From: Botryllus schlosseri
Taxonomy: Eukaryota
DNA: 64,000 nt
Direction of reading: 5' to 3'
NCBI GenBank assembly: GCA_051294905.1
Contig: CM119372.1
Coordinates: 31,808,001-31,872,000 of the forward strand
The notes under the pieces were generated by a model. The model did not search any database, was not told the DNA's origin, and was given only the letters and a program-made list of their open reading frames with translations. A program made the position numbers and the translations under genes. This document shows, piece by piece, positions 39,901 to 51,623 of the stretch (within the stretch, counting starts at the first letter, position 1; each line of letters starts with the position of its first letter).

Positions 39901-40235
39901 TTGAGCCTGAATATATCACACCAAATTATTATATGGTTATTATAGTCGAATGGTCTTCGAGCACGATTTAAGCGCGAAATATTTACAATACCAAAGTCCC
40001 GAAAACACCGACTGGACTTTGACCTCTTACCAGGACCGAAACTGCTGCAACCCAAATCCCCAATCGTTGAGCTCGAAGCGTGCCCAAAATTATTTCGGCG
40101 AATGAACATAAGTTACACATCATGTTTTGACGACTTCCCCACAGAAGATTACGCATAATTATAGAAAATAGAAATAGGCATTTCGGCGTCGGCCATTACC
40201 ACGCCACGATGCACGAAGACATATGAAGTTCCTGT

Positions 40236-40274
<39 letters not shown>

Positions 40275-43200
40275 CTTTTCAATTGGATAAAAATAAAAAA
40301 GGGCAAAAGAAAACAGGAGACAAAAGAACATCGAGATAATCAGTTTTGGGCTCGTGTTAAGCGTCTCCAACGTAGGCGGTCGTGGGCGTCTTCAAGCGAC
40401 AGCCCGCGTTGCGCTAGATCAGTCTCCATTGTCGAGCGCCATGTTCTCCGATTCCAGCCACCTCTGCGCCATGGCTCCGTGGGAATGTGATTGATGATGG
40501 CGGCGGCTGGTTGCTCGTCTTGATGCCGCACCAGATGGCCGATTAGGCGGAAGCGTCGTTCAGCTGCCAGTAGACGGCATGGGACCGTTCCTGTGAGTTC
40601 TCGCAATGCGTTCGTGGATATATGCTCCGGATGGTGAATGCCGAGTGCATAGCGGAGGAGTGCGTCGTAGTTAGCGTTGAGCGTCTTAGCCAGCTTCTCT
40701 GTCAGCGTGAGTGCCTCTATTCCGTAGAAAAGAACCTGCTCGACAGTGGCACGGAAGATGCGGGTCTTGAGCTGGGTTGAGGCACTTGAATGGAAGAGGC
40801 TATGTAGCCGTCTTGCCGCGCCCCAGGCCTTTGCTCGCCTCGCCTTGAGCGCTTTTCCAGAGTCAGCGACGTCAATACCGAGGTATACAAAACTCGTTAC
40901 ATAGGTAAAATCGATATCTCCCAGTTGAATTGGTGTCGCGTTCTCCGGTATAGAGCTGGTATGGCCAGAACCTCGGTCTTCTTAGCGTTGATCTGGAGGC
41001 CAACAAGAACGGCAGCGGCCTCTAGCTGGTTAATGAGGCGCTGTGCCGATGCGGTGTTCGGGGCAAGCAGGGCTTGGTCGTCTGCGTAGGCAAGAATACC
41101 TACGTGGATTGCCTCGCGAATCGTACGCGTGCGCGTTCCTTGCCGTGGCCGCCATTCAAAGAAGTTTGTAGTATCCGGGAAGGCCGTTCGTAGCACGAAG
41201 TCAAGGATGACCACGAACAAGAATGGTGCCAGGGTGTCACCTTGAAGCACACCAGCCGAAGTGTTGAAATCTCCGCTTGGGCCGTCATCTGTTCGGACTC
41301 GCGCTCGTGTGTCAGTGTAGAGGGCCATAATGGCGTACGTTATCACTTCAGGAATTCCATAGAATCTGAGGATCTCCCCCATGGCTGGGCGCGAGACCGA
41401 GTCGAAGGCTTTCGCGAAATCAACGAAGACGGCCACAACATTCTTTTTGTGTGAGCGGCAGGTGTCAATGATTGTGCGCAGTGCTAGGATGTGCTCTGTT
41501 GTACCGCGAGATGGTCGAAATCCATTCTGAGCATTCAGGAGCATGGTAGAGAGTTGCTCACGTATGCGAAGGAGCAGTACTCGGTCGAACAGCTTGGCAG
41601 CGGTCTGCATCAAGGAGATGCCTCTGTAGTTCGCTGGATCACTCGCAGCGCCTTTCTTGTAGATAGGGACGATTTCGCTCTCAAGCCACTCGGAGGGCAC
41701 CGGGCCGCCTTCGAGGACGCCATTCATGACGTCGAGGAGCACAGGTGCAACGCCCGAGGTGTAAGCAGCCGTTGGGATCCGTCCGTCCGATACCGTCCTG
41801 TCAATGTGGGACTTCGAGAAGTGTGTTAAAAAGATCGTCAGCGAGAAAACCTTAGCCGAAGAGGATTGCCCTTAATGTTGACCGTAAACTTCCATGTACA
41901 TAAGTCTAATTGTCCATAGGTGCTTAGATCGCTCGTGCCGAATTTTCATGTCGTCGCAATCTGCACCCCGCAGGACAAATAACATCCATCAAAGAAAATT
42001 ATTTGCCAGTGAAGAAATACCAATTTTGAATCGTGTGCTTACTTTAGTTTAATGCGTTTATGCGTTTCAATATCTTTTGACTGTATAGCGGACCAGAGGT
42101 AACAAAATAACAACATGTAACGAGTTAATTGTACCAACGGCCACACCCGAATATGTTCAATTTTTATGTGACCTTCATTCTCCAATACAACAGCTCACTC
42201 AGCGCTACTGCGGTAAATCTGATTACGCGGGCTTAGAGAATAAAACGTTTATAGCGACATATATATGCAATTACCACATATTCATTCATGCATTATATAA
42301 AATTTTGGTGCCTAGGGTGACCAGACAACAGAAACTTTGCTGACCATCAAAATCACGCGACGTGGGGGCGAAGCCCTCACAAGTTTGGTTTATCACGCTA
42401 TGGGTGCGCAAGGCAATCGCTTCTTTAGGGGGCTGATGAAGTGCTGTTACGGCCCTCCCTCTTTCCCATTGTCTTTATTAAAGTACTTACAATATGAGTT
42501 GGGGGCGGTGGAGCACGATATTTTTTGAAAGGGGGCGCTGGAGGAAAAAAGGTTAAGAACCACTGATTTAGATGCTGTCGCTTTGGTCAGGTCGCTATTT
42601 TATTTTATCCGAACATCAGCGTTACAAATACACCATTCCTTGCTCGGTTGCTCGTATTTTCACTTCTGAAGTAATGAGTCATCATTGTTTGTAAAAGAGT
42701 CGCTCTCATTACGTCACAAGACATTTCGGATCTTCCTTTTCTAACCAAAACCTTTACAATTACATGGATCCTTCCGGTATCTCTGGAATGGTGCATCCTG
42801 GCAAATCGTTTCTGCCGCATTTGCAGCCGCTGGTGGAGTCCTGCTCTAAATTTGGCAGACTTTTGGAAATCATGGAAAAAATTCCATACAAAGCAGCTTT
42901 GTATCGCAAGTGTGTACTAAAGGATCGCACATATTTATAAATTGGATAAGATCAGGATCTCATATTTCTAAGAGAACGGAACGTTAAGGGGCTCATATCT
43001 CGTGAAATGAATTTATTGTCGATTCAAAAAGGCTTGTAAAATCCAGCTTAAATGCGGGTGTCTTCACAAGTAGGTTGGGACAAAACTTAGTCTAATCGCG
43101 CAGTGTCCACAGTTATCAAATTAGTTAGTGTTGCTACTCAAGTAAAAGTAGATGTAACACCATACATTCCACGTCACTTAGAAGTGGAAGTAGCTATTTC

Positions 43201-46200
43201 TGAGACTTGGCAAAGGCTACTTCGAGTGAAAGTAACCTGGTATATGCAAGTCTGGTAAGTAACACAAGTAAGTCTAGTTTTATGAATTACACTTGGTCGA
43301 GGTTTTGCTCACCATTGGCAGTTATTCGGAGGCGGCTGCTGTCCAGATGGCAAGACGTATTTGTGTGACCGATGCATAATGACTAAAAGATTCTATACAA
43401 ATAGGTTCAGTTTTTAAAAATGTATCAGGATAGGTCTCACTCGCCCAGTTGTTGCGGCAATTTTAGTCAAAAAATTATTCCAAAATCTCCCAAACTACTT
43501 TTGCTGACAAAATATAAAGTGTTGAAAATAGCTTAACAAGAACCATAACCACTTTAGTAAGTAGGCTACTTCTATTTTGTGGCAGTACTCGAGTAGGTTT
43601 TGCCTTCTTCCACTTCTACTTAGCAGGAGTTGATGGAAATAATACTTACTTTTTACACCTAAAACTTTTTTTGAAACGGAATGTCGGTTTGGGTGTGATT
43701 GCATCACATTTATATCACAAAATGTCATATAAACTATGATCAACGATTTCGGTAGTATAAACCTCCGCTTATCTGCTATAAGTATGCGATTCATCAACCA
43801 AATCTACTAATACTATATACTTGTTTGTCTATTTCTGCGAACGTGTAAGTATAAAGTAGCTATTTACAAAACACGTCAAATCTAATTCAGGAGAATATAG
43901 ATTATAGATGATATTACATCTATTTATACTCCAGTACCGACGCTCACCACTTTGACCACCTCCGAACCTGCATGATTGGGGGCTTCGAAATTAGAAATAC
44001 TCTGAAATACTGTTCTCGACTACAAATGCTGTTACAGCATGACTTGGTTATGGCTTGCTATTCCATGATTCTGTATTCCCGAATCGTTTTCATTCAATGC
44101 CATGACTTGGTGAGGAAAGCGATTACAATTCCTGTGCTCTAATATTTGCAGGGAAAATCGGTTCGGAATCACAGACAGACTTGCGAGGCGGCGATGCCCT
44201 TGTTCCCGCTATCGAGACATACTACTCATGCCAATACGTCAAGCTGACAGAAGCATATGAAACTATTTATGCTACTGCAGTAAGTGATATTAGTAATCGC
44301 TCAGTGCAATGAGTAAGTATTATATATATTATATATAGTATATATATAGTATATATATAGTATGCGCCGGTATTGAGACCATAGCACGGTCAGCAGTAGC
44401 CCAATGTAGGGGAGATGTGGTACCGATGGATCACTGGGACCGAAAATACTTTAATAATTCTCTATGATAATTCCATGATTACACTCCGTGAACTTGTCTA
44501 CAATTGCATGCTGGAAAAATCTTTCCTCACAGACAAAAAATTTCTACGTGCTCGAGCTATTGGGTCTCTGACAGATGTTTTCTGTTTTGGGGGGTGTAAA
44601 CTAAATTTCGATCGACGCATACATTTTTCTTTGTAACCTTCAACACGGACAAACCAGTAATCATTTTTATTGTGAAGTGTAGGATTTGTATCAGGCTATA
44701 TAATGGCACCTATTATTTTATTCAATACCTTCCTTTAGTGGAATTTTTCTCGATTCCTACATTCGTAGGGTGCGAACCAATGATACAATAGCCTAATCAT
44801 GCAAAATAATCAAGCATACTAATCATGCAACAACTGAAACATGCCTACGTACAGTAATTCTTTATGTAATAATTGTATATGATGTTTTATCGCTATAACG
44901 AGGTATTTTGAAGTCACAATGTCAATTTTCCGGCAATATGTATGTACCCTCAAATTTATAAGTTCGAGCCTAAATCGAAACGTGATTTTATGGCAACATC
45001 TGAGTTATTATTTATTCTATTTTTTGACGGTTGCGACCAAACTTTCTTATTTGGCTTGCTGTAGCTCAGATTATAATACACAGCAAGAAAAGTTGTCACA
45101 TCTGAGTTTTTAAGAGTATGTCTCAGAGGTTCCCGGGTCGTGAGCCATTGGACCCACCGGGTGGGGACCGATGATACGTTCGAGCAACAAATTTTGAAAG
45201 TCCATAAATAATTTTTGAAAAGACAGATAATCATGTATATGTGCGCGATAGGTAGAGCTTGTATCAAAGTGCTGAGTCAGTAAAAGATCTACTGCTTTCG
45301 GCTGCACATTTTGAGGCAGCGATCATTTTCCAATTTTTGATCCATCGGTACCACATCTCCCCTACTTCTACTCTTTTCGATCATTCTAGCACTTTTTAAA
45401 TTGCGGTATTTCAACGGGTTGTGGTTGTTTCAGCGAACAGTAGTCTCTACTCCATCAGGTATATTGAAGACTATGGTTTTAACAGCTTTTTGTAATTTCC
45501 AGAGGGACATAACTGTAAATATCAAAATATGCAGGCCATACATCACGGTAACAAAATAGATTCTAGAGATCGCAACATTGCACCATTTATGACCCATATC
45601 TCGTTTATTGCGGCGATGAATATGCAAATCTGCGTTTACTATTCGCTATTTTGCGACAAAAGCCTTCCACCTTTGACCCATGCACTTTGTTAAAAGTATC
45701 AAATCGAGTATTTCTCAATTAACTCTTGCTTTACCTCTAGTTATAGTACAGCTGCAACTTCTACTGCATTGCTGTTTCTAGTGTACTTGAGTGGATATTT
45801 TCAACTTTCTTCTAACCGGGTATAATGAGTAAATCTTCAAGCACTTTTGAAGCCATTAGCAGAAATAACGTTTAGAAGTGTACACGTAGTCATCCAGGGA
45901 TAAAGCAAGTAGCTGTAGTAGTGCATACAATATAGACCCACTATTCTTACCCTGCGCGATGCGTATGACTGCACTTGCAAGCATTACGCGGGCGTATAAA
46001 GCAATCGTTTACCACATTCCGTTGCGCTACAGTTGGAACCACTCATAACGAAAGGAAATGAAAGGAATGTGCATCACATGCTCATCTACACTTGTGATAT
46101 AGATGTGGTAAGCAGTGGTGAAGTCTCCGAGCGTCAAGCCGCTTCTCATAAATTCACAATCCTTTTAGACGGAGTTCCAACTGCAAATAGATCACCAGTG

Positions 46201-46900
46201 CATAGGTTCTTTCCAGGATGGGTGCAATAATTTATTAGGGGGATGGGCGGTGGGTTCGAGAGGAATCAGATATCCCAAGAACAGTGAATACCGTCTCGGT
46301 GGACTCGACCACCCTCAATATGCAAGAATTGAGATGCACTACGATAACCCTGGAAAAAACGGTAATTTGTAATATAGTTTTAGATCTACGGAGATATCAT
46401 TCAAGATGAATGAAACTGATATTCAACTGGCATGATAAATTCCAAGCACTTTGAAATTAACCAAGGGCGGTATCACTTAACAAAAGAAGGCCAGTGAATT
46501 AAAAAAATGATCTCCTTATTTCAAAATATCGAGAACACTTCTGCCCATAGCACCATCTCTTCGATGAGTTCTCGAAGTAACTGTGTCGCTTGGGCGCCCC
46601 TTCAGGTTTAGGGCAATATATTGGACATACATGCAAGTTCCATGCAACGGATTGTTTGGATCTTTTGACGGACGCATTGCAATTTCCTGACCGGATTCTC
46701 TTTCAAAGGGTCAAAACATAAGAAAATATTGATTTTCACTAGAAATCCTCGACAATTCTGGAATGAGACTGTCATTCGTTCGAGAGAAGCCACGAGTACT
46801 GTCATCTAATTTCGAAATTTCTACTGCAACTATATGGATCCCCCCCGGCGCTACTAGATACAGAATTGGAGGATATTGCGCGGAAGAATGTATATCCAAG
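24784..46900 (+). CDS. DBH/MOXD-like copper type II ascorbate-dependent monooxygenase with two DOMON domains (partial gene, 14 exons in window)
   Basis: Exons 24784-24918, 29818-29928, 31711-31857, 33919-34006, 34089-34139, 34974-35143, 35225-35335, 36578-36727, 38441-38531, 38597-38647, 44152-44279, 46033-46107, 46169-46361 and 46743-46900 are all GT-AG, phase-compatible, and give 1659 nt with no stop. Signal peptide, DOMON motifs twice, and catalytic-domain motifs TYYSC, VHHMLIYTC, WAVG, EMHYDNP, DNSG and IPPG. Confidence 0.88.
24966..26119 (+). mobile_element. Tol2-like hAT (Ac family) MITE, copy A
   Basis: C(A/T)GAGGTGGTCA ends; dense (A/G)AGTA and TACTCAAGTA subterminal repeats; TSD TAACTACG. 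Confidence 0.85.
26745..27009 (-). mobile_element. hAT (Charlie-like) MITE, shorter copy of 22032-22399
   Basis: CAGTGGTTCC...GGAACCACTG; perfect TSD ATATAGGA. Confidence 0.88.
28226..29460 (-). mobile_element. Tol2-like hAT MITE, copy B (inverted relative to A and C)
   Basis: CAGAGGTGGTCA...TGACCACCTCTG; perfect TSD AGCATAAG. Confidence 0.88.
29818..29928 (+). CDS. MOXD-like exon 2 (DOMON1)
   Basis: ITARTVGWVGVGFGVGKTMAKADFIIGGVRNGVPYVW; TTGCAG acceptor, GTAAGT donor. Confidence 0.9.
30816..31689 (-). mobile_element. hAT element (TAGGGCGA ends, GTCAAAA repeats) with a transposase C-terminal remnant
   Basis: Perfect TSD CTAATCTC. ORF 31138-31374 (-) encodes CQPTTAAVERSFS, a hAT dimerisation motif. 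Confidence 0.85.
31711..31857 (+). CDS. MOXD-like exon 3 (DOMON1)
   Basis: DCHAQYNGPPTIDEEQNVDITSARENSTHTSIIVRRSLAVDDIFDRNIA; TTAG acceptor, GTAAGT donor. Confidence 0.9.
32474..33736 (+). mobile_element. Tol2-like hAT MITE, copy C
   Basis: Starts CAGAGGTGGTCAAAG; colinear with copy A; right TIR eroded. Confidence 0.82.
33919..34139 (+). CDS. MOXD-like exons 4 (33919-34006) and 5 (34089-34139), end of DOMON1
   Basis: TGDMIILWAFGNSDKEIEWQSSDYHGANK|GAVEAELLGNRENSMTK; phase-1 introns; exon 5 donor (GTGGAT) is weak. Confidence 0.78.
34974..35335 (+). CDS. MOXD-like exons 6 (34974-35143) and 7 (35225-35335): Thr/Ser-rich linker + DOMON2 start
   Basis: ...LDEDTHLKLSWNFDDTTITLQ|IVAPTTGWIGLGFGSTVSMNGADIIMMGVKNDGAYVL. 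Confidence 0.88.
36578..36727 (+). CDS. MOXD-like exon 8 (DOMON2)
   Basis: DCNSDRNGVPNIDEEQNIEVVAGWENGTHTGVTIHRKRLTCNNDDMDLQR; TTTCAG acceptor, GTGAGG donor. Confidence 0.9.
36819..37982 (+). mobile_element. hAT element (TAGGGCGA ends), second copy, with a nested SINE
   Basis: TAGGGCGATTTT...AAAATCGCCCTA; perfect TSD GTAATAGC; CQPIAATVERSFS remnant. Confidence 0.88.
37270..37538 (-). mobile_element. tRNA-derived SINE (family B)
   Basis: Minus-strand head GGCGAGATAGCGTAGTGG (A box) ... GGTTCTAGTCC (B box), with a (CAA)n/A-rich tail. Homologous to 49784-49975 and 55095-55366. Confidence 0.8.
38441..38647 (+). CDS. MOXD-like exons 9 (38441-38531) and 10 (38597-38647), end of DOMON2
   Basis: PSTYRVLWSYGEEDLEVDSLSSRYYHHRNR|GGRSLQLIYPVEFKASG, matching the W(A/S)Y...YH..NRG..SL.L ending of the MOXD DOMON. 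Confidence 0.87.
40031..42457 (+). mobile_element. Non-autonomous hAT element (CAGGGCCGTAAC-type), copy 3
   Basis: CAGGACCGAAACTGC...TGTTACGGCCCTC; TSD CCTCTTAC/CCTCTTTC. Confidence 0.75.
40240..41795 (-). mobile_element. 5'-truncated RTE-clade LINE (RT pseudogene with a frameshift near 40900)
   Basis: ORF 40897-41742 has NYRGISL, QNGFR, FVDFAKAFDSV, GVLQGDTLAPFLF and YADD. Downstream frame reads FVYLG...RLIGHLVR (40340-40606). (TA)n tail; TSD TCCTGTCAAT (40230-40239, 41796-41805). Confidence 0.93.
44152..44279 (+). CDS. MOXD-like exon 11 (start of Cu monooxygenase N-terminal domain)
   Basis: KIGSESQTDLRGGDALVPAIETYYSCQYVKLTEAYETIYATA; TTGCAG acceptor, GTAAGT donor. Confidence 0.87.
46033..46361 (+). 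CDS. MOXD-like exons 12 (46033-46107) and 13 (46169-46361): CuH site
   Basis: LEPLITKGNERNVHHMLIYTCDIDV|TEFQ...CNNLLGGWAVGSRGIRYP...EMHYDNPGKN; all three CuH His present. Confidence 0.93.
46743..46900 (+). CDS. MOXD-like exon 14 (start of C-terminal Cu domain)
   Basis: ILDNSGMRLSF...WIPPGATRYRIGGYCAEECISK. Confidence 0.9.
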
Positions 46901-47978
46901 GTTTTGTTTCGTTATTATCATTGAATTTACTTACTTCAACTAACTCGATGTTTGTGAACTTTCTTTTGATCTTAAAATAAACAACTTGAAAAAAGAAAAT
47001 TTAGAGCCCCAATTGAGACACAAGCCGAAGCAATAATATATATATAATTGGATTGCAGTGATACTTGGAATATATTAATGGCGTCACGTATCGTTTTTCA
47101 TAAATTCATATGTATCAGATGAATATCCGATAAATCAGCCTGTCATCTATCATAGTTTGGATACGTTACTTAGAAAGTAGCGCATCAATTGACACCATGT
47201 GATTCAAATCTTATCTAGGTCGTAACCAAATTACAAGGTCCCGAGTTTCAAGTCAATTATGCTTTTTTAGTTTTGACTCGAGTCCGAGTCCAAGTCATAG
47301 TGCTCACCGTTCAGTTTCCAGTTCTAGTCATGTTCAACCCGCGGCGCGGTATTGGCCTACGCCGAATCGCCTATCTTTTTTACAAATCCTTAAACACTAA
47401 ATACTTTTTAATTTATGTGGATTCACGAAATAATTTTGGGCTCCCTTCAAGCTCGTTAGCTCCCCCAATTGGGGGGTTTGGGGTGCTGCAGTTATGGTCC
47501 TGGTAACAGGTAAGACATTAATATTACATGAACGTACTTCCGTGTGCGATGGGTGCGTAGGTTGAGCTGTAGCGTAGGCCAGAGTCATCGTGGCCCTTGG
47601 AAAGAAGCATACACTCCCCGTTTAAGAATCACTGGTGTAAACGAAAGTTTTTTAATTGTAATTTTAAAAAAATAAATGGGAGGAAATTCCTTTATGTCTA
47701 TTTATTATTCCGATTCCTTCAAACCTAATTAGTTTGCGTCTGCGTTATTGATACTTGTATTGCAGCATATGGATGATGTGTTACGCAAGTGAGAATTATC
47801 CAATCAGCATTCTGGTTTAACAAATATATATATACTGGGAATGATATGCGTTAAAGCATTACTGAATTCAGTACCTGATTATTTTCTGTCGAGTAAGGAT
47901 TATACAACAATGGCTACTACTAATACTTCATAAGCTGATGAGTAATTGTTGGCAACCCTTCACAATATCACACTAATA

Positions 47979-48958
47979 TAGGGATGGTGCGAACCCCTAA
48001 AAAGTTCAGGTTCGCGTGAACGCGAACCTTTTTGAAAGGTTCTGTGTGAACGCAAACGTGAACTTTGCAACTTTCCAACTCTACATTTCAGTGAAGTGAT
48101 ATAATAATGTAGCCATAGCGACGACTCGGGCCACATAAGCCACAATGCCTAATTGAGTGTATGCAGACGTTCTAAACGTCGCCAAATGTATCAACTGAAG
48201 CAATCAAATGCCTTAAGATATTCGATTCTTCCGTCGCTTTGTTAACAATTCGACGAGGACTGTCGAGGGAGTATAGGCTTATGCCTTAACGGTCTAGGCC
48301 AGACTGGACAATATATTCGATGTCTGACTATTGCTACATTGATATTGCGCAGAGTGTAAAACGGATTTACTTGCTACTGATTTTACCCTATAAACAAGCT
48401 ATACAGTAGCCAACACCCCAATCGCACGGATTTGGTTTTTATGATACAACAAACATATCGAATCAAGTTGGATCCCGTACGCCAGCTAGATTTTCTACAT
48501 TAGGCAACGATGTATTCTTTATATCAATTTCACTGACTTTTTGAAAAACATTATTCGCTGACTTCCCACATGTAGTGTATTTCGTTCTTAATATTATGAT
48601 ATTGCGGCAAGCACACGGCTGAGAGTCAGTAAATATTCACACACGGAAAGCTGAATATTTCGGGCAAACTTTTGTAACAAAGCAAGTAAAATATTTGAGA
48701 TTGGCAAGGTGCATGCTCGTTTAGTGTATATTTCTTATGCTGCCTGTGCCATAGCGCCATGCATAGAGTGGTCCAAAGTTGAAATGCGAAGAATTTCAAC
48801 CAAAGATGTTATAATGACATGAAAAATTGTAATATACAAAAAAGTTTCACAGTGCAGATTGCAGAACCTACCATGGTTCTTCTGTGAACATGAACCCCTA
48901 AATTGCGGAGGCTCACACACAGAACGCGAACGTGAACCTCATGTTCACACAATCCCTA
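47979..48958 (+). mobile_element. hAT (Ac-like) MITE with GTGAACGCGAAC repeats, copy 2, followed by an inverted partial copy (~48985-49780)
   Basis: TAGGGATGGTG...CACAATCCCTA; colinear with 10717-11695. Confidence 0.8.
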
Positions 48959-49783
48959 CACACTATTATAGTGTTTATACTACGATGGTGATATGAGGTT
49001 CACGTTTTCGTTTAGTGTATGAACTTTGAACAATTTGAGGTTCGCGTTCACAAACGAACCTGGTAGGCTCTGCACTGTGAACTTTTTTAATACATTGCAA
49101 TTTTTCACGTCACCGTAACATCTTTGGTTTAAGTTCTTTGCAATTAAAGTTCGAACCATTCTCAGTACGACACTGGTGTTTTGACGAGTCATGTTTTCAG
49201 TTAATCAGTTTGGATGTTTTAGTGAATCAGTTTAATTCAACTGTCCTTTATTTGCATTCCGTTATTCTCCTCGACAACTCTTAATTGTTCTGTTTCATTT
49301 GATGATTGGTTAATTGAATTGTTGCGCTGTCCGTTCTCGTTTACCTTTATGTGTCTCTGTTGCTGTTATTTCTTTCTCAATTCAACTGTTATCGGAAGAG
49401 CAAGCAATCTTGCGAATCTTGCCATTTACATTCTGAGCAAGCTGTTCCGTATTATTCGTTTGGACTGCTTGGATTTGAGATCGGAAGAGATTTGATACGC
49501 AACGGTTTGACTAGTTCAAGCCAGATTTAGTGTGTAGCAGACAGGATCTGACACCTGACAAAGCGCCACTCATTGATTTCAGTGCCGCGTCGACACAACT
49601 GATAACAGGACAAGAACTTAAACACCAAAACAGCATGCACCTTGCCAATTTTGAAAATTTCATATTCATTCTTTGAAAAGTTTTCTCGAAATATTCAGAT
49701 TTCCGTCTGTAAATATTTAGTGACTCTCTGCTCTGAGCTTACTCCGCAATCTCACAACTTCAAGAACGATATCTACTAAATGT

Positions 49784-49975
49784 GGCGAGATTGCGTAGTG
49801 GTATATGAAACGTATCTGTAACACAAAAAGGTTGCGGCTGCGTGTCCGACCAAGCTCGACTACAGAATCCTATTCCGGTCGTTTGGGATACATATTGGCT
49901 CCTCCTCGCATGCAAATCCGCGTAAGTGGTGTCACAAAAGTCTAGAAATGGGCCGTGCTACAAGTCGGTAGATAT
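49784..49975 (+). mobile_element. tRNA-derived SINE (family B), degenerate
   Basis: GGCGAGATTGCGTAGTGG head; GGCTCCTCCTCGC...TCCGCGTAAG body shared with the other copies. Confidence 0.65.
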
Positions 49976-50221
49976 GGAATCATGATAGAGAATCAGTGAT
50001 TGCCAACCTTTTTTACTTCGCGACCCACTTTTGATCCAAATTTCATTGCTCGACCCATCTGGCGCCCTTTCGCGAGTAACGTTTAAACCACTTCTCTCGG
50101 GCGCCGGTTTTTATGAAGACAGTGCGTTACAGTTATCTGGTCTTGCCTAACGTGAATATTTTCCCGAATTCATAATGACATTCGGTCAATGATATTGGCA
50201 ATTGTATATACTACTATACGA

Positions 50222-51104
50222 CAGTGATGGGATCAAGTCACTACCTTCGAGTCACGAGCCATTTCGAGTCATTGCATATTTTGATTCGAGTCAAGTCAAG
50301 CCACTCGATTTTTGAGCTGACTCGAGTCAAGACGAGTCGAGTCAAGTCACAATTCAAGTAGGAGTCATGATTCCGTCATTGCATTTTGCTAGCTGTCTGA
50401 AATACAGATTGAGTGGTCATTGGTTTTGAACTGATGAACGAATACAGAGGTAAATATGCACACAAGAAGGCGCTGTATCGCTCACATACATATACGTAGA
50501 ACTGCTAAACTACGTAATTATTTGCATAGCCTCAGTTTACAGTTACCAGCCAAAGTTGAGAATAGAGAAACGAATTAATAAGATGCAATATACATTACCC
50601 ATTTACAAATTGATGTGATACAATTCGAGCCTGGGCCAATGGTTGAGGACTCTATAAATCATATTCGATTTCAATTTCAATAAAACTAGAGGTTTGGTTT
50701 AGGTGGGAACAGATATGGACATTTTACTATACTAGTTTACGACAACGTAAGCTGCAAGCTTCGATCACTTCGTTTGCGGTCAATTTATTTGTGAGAGAAC
50801 AATGGAGGCTCAGTAAAACGCACGATCATTGAATAATTGGTCGCTCTCACGGGTTCCACCAGCGTTTCGCGAACAATCCGAACATATGCAAGATACAGTG
50901 ATTTTTATGGACACGGATTACTTGATGACTTGAGATTGACTCGTGAAATTTGTGTCGATCACGAGTCAATCCACATTTCTGATACGCCGAGTCAAGTCAA
51001 GTCAAGCCATTTTATCAAAGTGACTGGAGTTAAGTCAAGTCATACAAAAAAGGTGACTCGAGTCTGACTCGAGTCAAGTCATGACTCGAGTCATCCCAAC
51101 ACTG
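50222..51104. mobile_element. hAT (Ac-like) MITE with GAGTCA/AAGTCA subterminal repeats
   Basis: CAGTGATGGGAT...ATCCCAACACTG; perfect TSD CTATACGA. Confidence 0.87.
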
Positions 51105-51623
51105 CTATACGATGGCAATATTTGAGGACAGCCATTTAGGCGCCTATACCCAATGGACAATTCGGCATATATATACCGAAGGTTTCGATCCTTTTAGGCA
51201 GACGTTTCCTCACTGTCGATCTCTTTGGCAGCACATTTCGCGGAGTCGCATGTTCGCCGAAACTTGATATGTCATGATATGTCGTGGTGCTGTAATGGCT
51301 GACACTGAAAGGCCTAATTCTATAAATCATGCGTAATAATTGAATAGGGAGATGGGTGCCCCTAATAGAACCAAGACATCTAATGATGTCAAATCGCACT
51401 GCGCGAAGAAAATTTGAAAGAAGTTTAATAATTCTCCAAACAAGTAATAAATTCTGTTGACTCATGAAATAATTTTTACCCCTCTTCGAGCTCGATGCAC
51501 CAGTTGGGGGTTATGCGCGGTAGGGTCCTGTATGTAACAGATGATTACAGACGTGAAAGGCTTATCTAGGCTCCTCGCAATCTGATCTGCTTAAGCGAGT
51601 CGAGTCGAGTGATCGAGTATCAC

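Larger units (their letters stand above)
39026..42565. mobile_element. hAT (Charlie-like) element, outer shell of a three-level nest
   Basis: CAGTGGTTCTTAACCTT...AAGGTTAAGAACCACTG; perfect TSD ATTTAGAT. Confidence 0.88.

Noticed and set aside
49176..49624. Solo LTR (TGTTT...AAACA, ~450 bp) interrupting a MITE
   Set aside because: It looks like an insertion, but no 4-6 bp TSD could be read; left unclassified.
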